From: Leptogorgia sarmentosa
Lineage: Eukaryota
Length of the DNA: 64,000 nucleotides
NCBI GenBank assembly: GCA_964658305.1
Contig: OZ210885.1
Coordinates: forward strand, 23,808,001-23,872,000
Direction: 5' to 3'
Shown here: positions 12,501 through 23,114 of the stretch, one piece after another
How the letters are laid out: every line of letters begins with the position of its first letter
Position numbering within the stretch: position 1 is the stretch's first letter
Translations under genes and position numbers: made by a program
The notes under the pieces: generated by a model
The model's input: only the letters and a program-made list of their open reading frames with translations
Told to the model about the DNA's origin: nothing
The model's database searches: none

Positions 12501-15500
12501 AAACGTCACCCAGATGTGGTGGTTGCCGATGTAATAAATGTCCAACCGTGGGACATACTTACTCCTTTAGAGAGGAGCAAGAGCTCAAGATGATACAGGA
12601 AAATCTGGAATACGACGAGAAGAGTCGACGAGAGAGTGTTGGAAGACAAGCTATCCTTGGCTGGTTAACCCGACCAGTCTTCCCAACAATTACAGTACTG
12701 CCCTCTCAACCCTGCGCAATACAGAAAGAGTCTTGTCTAAGGACAAAAACTGGGCCGAGACGTATGAAGAGCAAATGAAAGATATGCTAGATCGTCATGT
12801 CGCCCGCAAATTGTCGCCCAAAGAACTCGAGGAGTGGAAAGGTCCCGTATTCTATATTTTGCATCTTGCCGTGGTTAATCCTCGTTCCAATTCCACACCG
12901 GTACGTATCGTCTTCAATTCTAGTCAGAGCCATCACGGTGTGTCGCTGAATTCCTGCCTAGCAAAAGGCCCAGACGCATACATCAACAACCTGGTTGGAA
13001 TTTTACTTCGTTGGAGAGAAGAGCATGTTGCTTTCATGGGAGATCTGAAAAAGATGTTTAATTCCATTCACCTAAAAGCTTTGGAGCAACATTGTCACCG
13101 ATTTTTGTGGCGTGACATGAACACTGAACGCGAGCCAGATATCTTCGTGATGGAGAGAGTCAACATGGGCAACTCGCCAGTGCCAGCTATAAGTACGGAA
13201 GCAGTTCACAAGACAGCAAACTTGTTTGAGGAAGAAAGTCCGAAAGCTGCTGAGCTGTTAAGAAGGTCCAGCTACGTGGATGATCTGATCGATTCCCAGC
13301 CCACCAAGTCCATGGCACTGAAATTAGCGCAAGACACAGAGAACATACTAAGAGAACATACTAGTCAAAGGCGGCTTTGCCCTCAAGTGTTGGCAATTCA
13401 GCGGCGAAGAGAAAACGCGTTTGAGTGGAGAACTCGCTGAACAGTACCACAACACAGATTTGGAACATGAGCCAACCGACCTTACGCGAGGGCGTCCAAT
13501 GCTGAAAGGATCTGATGACAATCTTCGTTTCTTGGGTGTGGGGTGGAGACCGAAACAAGATGTCATTGTCTTCGAAGGTGTCTTTAATTTTAGCCTGAAG
13601 AGAAGAGGAATACGAACTGGTCCCAACCTGACCCTCGCTGAGTTACCCCAGGCAATACCGGATGTCCTAACCAAACGAATTGTTCTTCAACAAGTGATGA
13701 GAATATACGACCCCCTCGGATTGGTGAGTCCATTTACCCTGATTGGAAAGATCTACCTCCGAAAAACCTGGGCCCAAAATCTGGGATGGGACGAACAACT
13801 TCCCGCGGATCTACGGGCAAAGTGGGTCAAATTTTTCATCTCGATGCTCCAGTCAGAAACGATGAATTTATCACGATGACTTTGACCTCCAAATGCTGTT
13901 GGCGAACCTTGGTTGGTGATACTTAGCGATGGTAGCGACATTGCCTATGGTTTTGTGGCATACATCAGATGGTTGTTGGAGGACAATACCCCGTGGTGCC
14001 GATTAGTCATGGCTAAGAGTCGGGTGGCCCCAGTAAATAAGTTATCAATCCCCCAGATTGAGCTGAATGCGGCGGTATTATCAGAAGAGAGGACGGAAAG
14101 TCATCGAACAGGAAGTGAGATTTAATTTCGAACGCGTGCTCCAGATCGTTGACTCAGAAACAGTCTTAAACACGATAAACAAAACCAGCACACGGTTTAA
14201 AGTCTACAAAGGTGTCCGATTGGGAGAGATACAAGCTGCTACCGAGGGGGATATGAGTTGCTGGGCATGGATGTCCGGCAAGAATAACATAGCAGACAAG
14301 AGGACGGCCCCCACAAGAGCTGGATGAGCAATCAGAGTGGTGGAATGGTCCGGCGATCCTGTACCAGCCATTGGAGGAATGGGATCTTAGATTTGGTTCC
14401 CAGAAAGAAGAATGCCTTCCAGGAAAGAAGTTACGTAGCACATCTACAGCTATATCCAGTCCCTCCTTACTCGACTACGAAAGATTTAGCGACATCGACA
14501 AGGCTATATGGGTAGTGGCAAGAATTCTAGGTGCTTTGCAAAACAAATCCTTTCGTGGTGGAAGGACAACGTCAGTAACACCGGAGTTGTTACATAGCGC
14601 GGAGACGGTTATTGTCAAAGATGCTCAGAAGTTAATGAAAGAAGAATTGTTCAAAACCGATAAGAAGGGACGAAAAGGAGTACGCTACACTTAATCCTGT
14701 TTTAAGTAAAACAGGACTATGGCTAGTCGGGCGACGTCTCAAACAACACAACCCTATGACCCTGGACTCAACCCTCTAGAAGTTGATGCCATACCCTAGC
14801 CGAGTCACTTACCTTTTCATGCAAACAGCACATCGTCGAGGACATAGAGGGCGTGACGGCACTCTAGCAAAATTCCGAAAGAATTGGGTTCCACAAGGAA
14901 GCAAGTTAGCTCAAAAGGTGAAGCACAACTGCCAGCTGTGTAAACTCCGCCAAGCGAAGCTCTTACAGCAAGAAATGGGGCAACTCCCCGAAGCCCGCCT
15001 CAAGCCAGCCCCTCCGTTTACCCACGTGATGCTCGATATGTTTGGTCCGTACATCGTAAGAGGAGAGGTCCAGAAGCGCGTAATTGGAAAGGCCTACGGA
15101 GTTATCTTCACGGACTTGGTGGTTGGAGCTGTACACATTGAAGCAGTGTATGGTTATGACACGCCGTCGTTCTTATTGGCATTAAGAAGATTTGCCTCAG
15201 TCCGTGGCTGGCCATCGACCATATACAGTGACCCGAGCTCCCAAACTTGTTGGGGCGGACCGGGAATTGAAGGAGACTTGGAACAAAATTGATCGCGAGC
15301 AATTGTATAAAGATGGGGCACAAAACGGACTGACATGGTTGTTCGGGCCCATCGATAGTCCATGGAATCAAGGCAAAGTGGAGTCAAAGCTGCCAAAAGA
15401 GCAATTCATTTTGCAACACACAAAAGTCGTCTTTCCGTGCCTGAATTCCTCACGATATGTTACGAGGCTGCCAATCTCCTCAACGAAAGACCAATTGGTA

Positions 15501-17470
15501 CGCTACCCGATACGGACTCTCACCTGAACATTCTAACACCGAATACCCTTTTGTTGCGACGGGCATGTGCCAAGAACCCCGGCAATTGGGAACCTCACCG
15601 ACAAAGCATAACGAATCGTTATCATCTGGTCCAAGCAGTCGTAAACGAATTTTGGAGTAAATGGATAGAGCTGTGTGCGCCAACGTTGGTGAACAGTTAT
15701 AAGTGGACCACACCTAGTCGCAACGTGAGACCTGGAGATGTCGTTTTGATAGCGGATAAGAACTCGTTGAAGGGAGATTATCGTCTCGGAATAATTCAAG
15801 AAGTTCGCCCCAGTAAAGATGTAAAAGTGCGAAGTGCGTCAGTTAAATACAAGAATTATAAAGCAGGCGAAGAAGTGGTCGTATCTCGCAGCATCCATCG
15901 CCTAGCACTCCTGGTCCCAGTGGAATTTGACCAAAAGAAACTAGAGACAGATAAATAAAGGAACTGCGCTAGTGACTGTATAATTATACTGTTGTAGAAA
16001 TTACATTTGTTCATGTTTTGTTAAAGAACGCGATTGCGTCGACCCTCACCCTCCTGGTGTGTTAGGATAATTTATGCATGCACATCTCAAGCGATCACGA
16101 GAAGGAGAACACGAGGCAGCAAGGACGGCCATATTGAGAGCTATATCATAAACAGTGTTTTACCGATTTTTACGATAAGTTCGACTATTGTTGTGTTAAA
16201 ACATGTTTTAGATTTGTCTATATTAAAATACATTAAAGGTAAACAAATACTGCAACCCAGTACAATCCCATTTGTTAGATCGCATTAGATGAACTCTTCA
16301 GCAATCGTCATTTAACTTTTCAACTCCTATAAGAAAAACAGATTTATTTGCAGCAACTATAGTCTCTGTGCAAACATAGGTTATTAAATCCAAAGCCTAT
16401 GCAGCTGGCAATTTTGAACCTGGGGGAAAAAGGCTTGAAAATCTTAATTTTCCTCATAGGGTGTTTGGACACAAGTGCTAGTTAGTGCAATACTTTCAAT
16501 ACAATGCCAGGAAAGCAATTTATATTATATGAACTTCCCATACGACCAACATGAATATTTCTGTCAGTGCCTGCAGCCAATAACTTTAACCTAGTTTTCT
16601 CAGTCCCATATTACCTTGAAATCAATAGAGATTTCTTATATTACAAACAGACATGCAGATTTGCTTTAAATAATTTATCTCTGACCTTGCCCAGTAAACT
16701 TTTTCACGCCTCCATGCTTTGCCATAAATCGTAGCAGGTGATACACCATTGCGTGCATGTATGGTGTCACACGTTGTTTTTCATAGCCTTCACATTTGCC
16801 ACCAAGTGAGTTGAAAAGTGTTACCCACAACTGGTATAAGCATCTTACTCTGTAGAATGCCAGACGACTCAGTTTTTTTGCATATGTATTGTATATTGGA
16901 TAAGTTACCTTCTCAAAGAAATCTGTGACCTGGTCATCAGTCGGGTTTCTCTGTCCCATTAGATTATAAAGGGCATCAAATTGTTTTGATTTGGATGTTC
17001 CAAGAGTAGGACTGCAAGAGTTGGCCTGAAAGGGCAAAGGCATCATCCCTATAGACACTTTGCTTGTGAGACATCTTTGGACAGTTTAAAATGGGCCTTG
17101 AAAGGGTATTGAAAAACTCTTGTCCCAGATTGGGGGCATAGTCTATATTAGTTTATATTTAAATTATATCTCAAGTATCATTATAACTGTCTTTATGGAT
17201 AGCTTCCAAATTTAACCACTGTAGCACTTGTTTCTGGTTTTGTTACATTCTCTAATTTAGAGGCATTCTCAGTAACAACTTTTTCGATGAACCCATCAAA
17301 CTTGTAAAATCGTACTGATCACTGCTCCGTCTGTCAGCATTAGCTTTTCCCCACATGTTAAAAGTTACACCACAGCTTCGTATGGCTTTTAGAACCGATT
17401 GTAGGTGTTTGCCGGACCTTTGGCAAACAGGTTTATCAAGATTTTCTTTCTTGTCCCATTCTAGCGCTTC
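9561..17470 (-). pseudogene. Spliced RAG1/Transib/Chapaev-like DDE transposase, split by a BEL insertion and 5'-truncated
   Basis: Exon pieces: 17470-17260 (AIRSCGVTF..YDFTSLMGSSKKLLL); ~16985-16686 (FFEK / WVTLF..VTPYMHAMVYH..HGGVKKFTGQG); GT donor at 16685, AG acceptor at 16327; 16326-16265 (GVEKLNDDC*RVHLMRSNKWD); probable C-terminus 9712-9561 (MTAEEIKVMLKGKGISTRLRSLKKLQ..stop). The TPYMH..H and FTGQGVEKxN motifs parallel RAG1 TNYFHKTLAH and ASEGNESGN. Confidence 0.78.
9714..16264 (+). mobile_element. BEL/Pao LTR retrotransposon lacking its 5' LTR
   Basis: Gag with Cys/His knuckles (CFKCFGNH..CPACGSQLHHVLLC), protease (IFCDGGSNSS), RT (HLAVVNP..TPVRIVFNSS, YVDD), RNase H (SDGSDIAYG), integrase (H..H..C..C, DMFGP, SDP, NERPI); many frameshifts. 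The 3' LTR is ~16060-16264 (TGTT..GTACA), and transposase sequence resumes right after it. Confidence 0.95.
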
Positions 17471-17472
17471 TA

Positions 17473-18081
17473 CAGAGTGTATAAAAAAAATGGTAACATA
17501 AATGTGGCGCGCCATATTTCACCAAATCGTTGATGGATTTCATCGGGTTTCATATCATTCGAAAGTTCAGTTCATTAGCTTTTAGATGACATGTTTTACG
17601 TGGTATTTAGTTAAGAAACCAGCGAGCAGTGCTTTGGTGAACGTTTTAAGTGAATATCGCATATTTCCACAGATGGGAATTGCACGCGTTTCTTTTGAAA
17701 TTTAGTCCCAAGAGGTTTAAACATCTTAATCATCCTGCAATTATCATTGCAATTCAAATATTCAAATTAGTGCGAGTTTTCATATTCAGCAAGCGACAAA
17801 AGTGAATCTGAATGATAAATATGTAAATCTTTGAAAATTTGTTGATTAAAAATTCATATCCATTGTCCCGTTTATTCCCATCGGTGGAAATATGCAATTC
17901 TCACTTAAAACGTTTACCGATGTACTGCTTGCTGGTTTCTTGACTAAATGCCGCATAAAACATGTCATGTAAAAGAGGAACAATTGAACTTTCGAATGAT
18001 GTCAAACTCGATGAAATCCATTAATGATTTGTTGAGATATGGCGCGCCACATTTGTGTTACCATTTTTTTGATACACCCTG
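17473..18081. mobile_element. Tc1/mariner-type MITE, same family as 55751-56331
   Basis: TA|CAGAGTGTATAAAAAAAATGG...CCATTTTTTTGATACACCCTG|TA; ~200-bp imperfect TIRs; high similarity to 55751-56331. Confidence 0.92.
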
Positions 18082-18083
18082 TA

Positions 18084-18287
18084 GTTTGCCATACCGAGAA
18101 GGCTTTGTACATCATGTACACTTTGTAGTATTTGGGCGTTCTGTAAATCTTAGGATCAGGTTTGCAACAGTGGGTTGAAAAGATTTGTCCGAAGAATTCC
18201 AGTGTTGAGCTGAGAAAGCTGCATTTCGCTTGGTTAAGACATAGGCCTTTGCTGTGAATTCTCTTCAAACACTGTTCAAGATTCATG
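18084..18287 (-). pseudogene. Short Gypsy RT fragment
   Basis: LEQCLKRIHSKGLCLNQAKCSFLSSTLEFFGQIFS..PDPK. Confidence 0.8.
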
Positions 18288-21200
18288 CAGGGGCGGATTT
18301 TCTGGGGGGGTGCAGGGGGTGCGCACCCCCCTAAAAATTTTGTAGCACCCCCCCAGAAAATTTCCAAAATGTGTATAATTTAATATCATATGCTTTATTA
18401 GTTTATTTTAAAGAAACCTATTAATTACTTATACATTTAGCGCTTAGCAGTAAGAAATTTCACTGCAAGTCTAACTTGAACGTCCGAAACGAAACCAATC
18501 ATTTACAACACATATTGTAAGATGAAGTACTTTGCGTGTTGTTTTGTAACCGCTGACAGTAAATTCCCAAAATGCAGTTGAATTTTGTGAAATCTCTTTA
18601 TAACAATGAAAAGGCGTCAACCAATGCTCAGCGACTTTTTTCGAAAGAAAAACAAAGGTTAGTATCCATCGTTTAGTAATTATTTGTTCTAAATTACTTT
18701 ATTACACTTTGATTTTCAATTTTAATCATACACGGCTAATGCCGTTTTGCGATTTTTTTCGTGCGAACAAGCAATGTGATTGGTGGTGATGTCGTAACAT
18801 GTGTTTGTCACCAGCCTCTTTTCTCTGTGGGCGTGAACAAATTTGCAAAGTGGAAAACAGGCTTCAGTGTTGCCACACTCGTTTGTTCAATTCATGTCCC
18901 ACATAGTATAATCGATCATAGAGGCTTTTTTTCTAGAATCATTATTCGCCGTATACATACATGCAAGCAGTTATTGATATTTGGTGTTTGGGCCGACTTG
19001 ACTATATGTTGCTGATCACTGTTAATTGCTTATCATTTTTACATTCAGAATCAGACCCACATGCTCAACTAGATGATGCCTAAGCCGAACCAGTTATTGA
19101 TGAACATCAAGAACAAGACGATCATATAAATAGTGAACAAGATGATGGTGAAGAACATGGTGCTGAGTCAGACGAGGTTCCTACGAGTTGTGATCCAGAA
19201 CGTGAAGAGCCGCAGCAGAAATCGACTCCTCAATCTAGCCATTCAAGCTCCTGTGATCAAGAATTAGGTATTGAACCATCACAACCGAAACTCCACAAAT
19301 TTCCAATCAATACGAACTTTTCAAGCAAGAAAACGAGATCTTTCAACGCCAACTGGTTCAATCGATTCGACTGGCTTGAATATAACATTGAAAGCGATGC
19401 AGCATTTTGCTTTGCTTGTAAAAACTTTGGCGTAAGAAGTTCCCCAGACAGCACATTTACCGTAACTGGCTTTAACAAGTGGCCTAATGCGCTAGACAAG
19501 GATAAGGGTTTTATGAAACACCAGAAATCACAAGTTCATAAATGTTGTTACGAGAAATGGAAGGCAAAGGTCCGAATATTAGATAGACAAGATACAAGTA
19601 TAGTTGAAAAACTGGTACCAGACCAAGCAAAGACAACTCAAAACAACAGGGAGTATTTTAAACTTCTGTTCCAGTATGTAATTTGGTTTGCGACGAGCGA
19701 AATAGCATTCCGGGGCCACGACGAGGCGGCTGATTCGAAGAATCCAGGCAACTGGACAACTTTTATAAAGATGCAACTAAAGACCAACAAGGAGTTCCGA
19801 AGTCTCCACCAAGCGATAACAGAAAAGAAGCTTTTTGTGCACTATACAAGTAAAACGTCTCTCAATGAAATGTTGTCTATACTCGCGGTTCATATACGAA
19901 ACCGGATATGCCATCAGATCGCAGCTGCCGGTTGCTTCAGTGCACTGATCGACGAAAGCAAAGACAAAGGCAAGAGAGAGGAGCTCGCTTTTTCTGTTCG
20001 CTATTACACCGAGAAAGTTCAAGTTTCTCTCCTTGACTGCACTCACCAAATTTGATCCAGAAGCCATCTCAGCAGTTGCAAAAGACCTCATCTCAAATCC
20101 AACAAAAATCAAATGGATCGCCTGTTATCAGTCTTGGTGTAGATGGCGCTAGCGTGATGTCGGGACGGTTGGCAGGAGTGGCAGAACTGCTACGATCGAG
20201 ATATTTTGAATGGCTTGTATATATTCATTGTACTGCTCATCGTTTGAACTTGGTTGTGGTGGATATGCTGAAGGCATCTTTGTCATCAACTGATGTTATG
20301 ACCACAGTGAAATCCTGCCATACACTGTTCAATAAACCAAAGATCAGACAGAAGTACGAATCACTCCACAAAGAAATGTATCCTAACAAGCAAGTTAAAC
20401 ATATTACACAACAAATTGATATTCGTTGGGGATGCAAATATGAAGCCATTGATGTTATGTATCAAAGATTTGATGTTGTCCTCACGACCCTGATAGACGT
20501 GGCAAACAATCCTGGTGGAAGTGAAGAAGATGACGAGTATGGGTATACGAAATCACAGGTAGAGACAGCAGCTGGATTGTACCACAAATTGATGTCAGGA
20601 AAATTCATCGTCAGTCTGACAACACTTCGTAAGTATCTTGGCAAACTATACTTCCTCAATAAAGAACTTCAGGCCGGAGAAATCGATTGGACAGACGTTC
20701 AGCACGAGATGACTCGAACTCGCGATTCAATTAACAACATCAAAGACGAGGACATATTCATTGAGTCGAACGAAATTTCAAGAAAGACTGGAAACCCCTT
20801 AGCTCTTTGTGATACAATGCCCATTTACAATACTAGGTCCAGAGCTACAACAGTTACGACACCCGATGACCAGGACCATCAGATAAAACTAAAAGAATTT
20901 ATTGGAGAACTCAACAATGAGTTCAACATCAGATTTGACTCAAAGAACATGAACCTCTTGAGAGCTATCAATGCCCTTAATGCAGGTTCAGATACCTACT
21001 TGAACTTAAGTGAGTTTGATGTGCTACTGAACACCTTCAGCTGTCTCAACATTAACAGGTCTATCCTTGAACTAGAAGTCAAAAGAGCCAAGGTTGATTA
21101 CCGTCTTGGTCTACCAATGAATCCAAACAGACTCCCAAATTTGAGAACTCTAATTGCAGTTAAGAACACTATCTCGACCTCAACTGCTTCAGTAGAACGA

Positions 21201-21540
21201 GCATTTTCCCGTATGAATCGTATCTGCACAAAGTTGCGATCCACTCTTCTACCAGAAAGATTAAGTGATATTTTATGCATTTCCTTAAACAAAGATGTTG
21301 CTGAATTGCTCGATTTGGATGAAGTCGTAACAGCATGGGGAAACATGCGCAATAGGAGGGTTAAAGTGTGAGTCATTAACTGACTAACTATAGTTTACCA
21401 GTAGAAAAGAAAATTAAACTAAATAATGAATAACTGTAGTTACAATTTAATTGGAAACTTGAAAAACTATTTATCATTCCATTTATTGAATATTTATTAA
21501 TAACTTTGTTATTGTTTGTTACGTTAAAATTTTTATGAAT
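18288..21540 (+). mobile_element. hAT DNA transposon (ZMYM1/TTF-zinc-finger type), right TIR not found
   Basis: Left end CAGGGGCGGATTT with a GC-rich subterminal region, inserted into the Gypsy fragment; contains the hAT transposase below. Confidence 0.8.
18606..21371 (+). pseudogene. hAT transposase (2 exons)
   Basis: Exon 1 18606-18657 (MKRRQPMLSDFFRKKNK, GT donor). Exon 2 from 19049 has a stop at 19081, a TTF-type finger (WFNRFDWLEY..AFCFAC), AFRGHDE, LIDESKD, DGASVMSG, YIHCTAHRLNL, RW and dimerisation motif SVERAFSRMNRI; frameshift at ~20052. Confidence 0.93.
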
Positions 21541-22209
21541 TTAATTTGAATATTGATATTTTCGGGAACCTACTGTATATCTACTACTACTCTACTACTA
21601 GAGTCTACATGTATTACCTAGCAATTAGTATACCAGTAGCCAGTGTACTATTCAAACTGGTAAAATATTCCGCGGGAACTGATTAAGCATTAAAATGTGC
21701 AGAAATCATGTATGTAGTGCATAAATAATGAGCTGAGATAGATAAAAGGCGATAACTTGCGCTTACACATCCTCTTTTACTGATCGCCACGGGTCGAAGA
21801 GCTCGAGTCAAGAATTTACTGTCCCATTTTTCTTATCGCTGCCATATGGCTCAGAGGCCTATTCGACCACCGCTCCCGCAGAACCATGTTCCGCCAGAAG
21901 TTGTTGTGCCACAAGAAGTTGTTGTTCCACCAGAAGTCCTAATCCCACCAGCTATTGATCCGAATCCAGATATCGCTGTCCCTGGTCCAGTTCATCCCCC
22001 TCAAGCTCAGCGATTAGAGGTACTATGTTTTATCAAATTGGCGTGCTCTGTATCACGATCGCTAATCTGTCTCATATAGATCTATCGTCCTGCTTTGTTT
22101 ATACCCTACAAGCCGTTGCGATTTACACTACCTTTCCTTACTTTACGCCTGGGTCGCATACTTAAGATCTTCACTTACGCTTCACACTTGAGTAATACTT
22201 GAGAACATA

Positions 22210-22677
22210 GTTAACGCCTGTGTGGAGTATTTCAGATTAATAGTGAACGCTTGTTTGGCATATTAAGGCAATAGTTAACGCCTGGGTGGCCTACTTAAGA
22301 CAAGAGTTAACGCATGTGTCGAGTATTTCAGATTAATAGTGAACGCCTGTTTGGCATACTAAGGCGATAGTTAACGCCTGTGTGGCATACTTAAGACAAG
22401 AGTTAACGCATGTGTCGAGTATTTCAGATTAATAGTGAACGCCTGTTTGGCATACTAAGGCGATAGTTAACGCCTGTGTGGCATACTTAAGACAAGAGTT
22501 AACGCATGTGTCGAGTATTTCAGATTAATAGTGAACGCCTGTGTGGCATACTTAAGACAAGAGTTAACGCATGTGTCGAGTATTTCAGATTAATAGTGAA
22601 CGCCTGTGTGGCATACTTAAGACAATAGTTAACGCCTGTGTGGCATACTTAAGACAATAGTTAACGCCTGTGTGGAA
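22210..22677. repeat. Minisatellite of 31-33-bp monomers with higher-order organisation
   Basis: About 14.5 units each starting GTTAACGC or GTGAACGC; three 96-bp ABC trimers, then two 65-bp dimers, then 32-bp monomers. Confidence 0.95.
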
Positions 22678-22682
22678 GTTAT

Positions 22683-23114
22683 ATGTTCAGAAATGCGTTC
22701 TTCTTTGAAAGAAACATTAACACTACAAAAGATACAGGGAAACATGAAAACAGTTTAGCAGTCAATGGAACATGTAACATTGAGATGCCGAAATTTTTAA
22801 TGCACCTATTTCGTTCTCCAAAAGTTTGGGACGCTGGTAGAAGGTCAAAATTCATTATTAAACCGCTTTGCATGCAATTAGCCAGTATCCTCGTACACCA
22901 GGTCAGACATAGTGGAAATTACGCCCGGTATGTGGTGCCACCAGATTATGCTTTGCTGAACCACTATCGAAAATTTCGTAGAAACGTGGTGCTTCTTGGG
23001 GAAAATGTGAAAGATCTCCGTATTCTAGATGAGCACACTTTTGCTTATCAAGAGAAGATTGTTACAAGATTGAATAAACGTTTGTGTGGTCTAAAACCTG
23101 TCCTAGGCAAGTGA
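22683..23114 (+). CDS. Hypothetical 143-aa ORF of unknown function
   Basis: ATG-to-stop ORF with protein-like composition immediately after the minisatellite; no family recognised. Confidence 0.35.
   Translation: MFRNAFFFERNINTTKDTGKHENSLAVNGTCNIEMPKFLMHLFRSPKVWDAGRRSKFIIKPLCMQLASILVHQVRHSGNYARYVVPPDYALLNHYRKFRRNVVLLGENVKDLRILDEHTFAYQEKIVTRLNKRLCGLKPVLGK

Noticed and set aside
21580..21600. Polinton/Maverick terminus (ACTACT repeats)
   Set aside because: No long TIR partner and no pPolB, ATPase or capsid ORFs.
22210..22677. CRISPR array (32-bp periodicity)
   Set aside because: No unique spacers; the units are tandem variants that recur exactly. No cas genes, and the context is eukaryotic.
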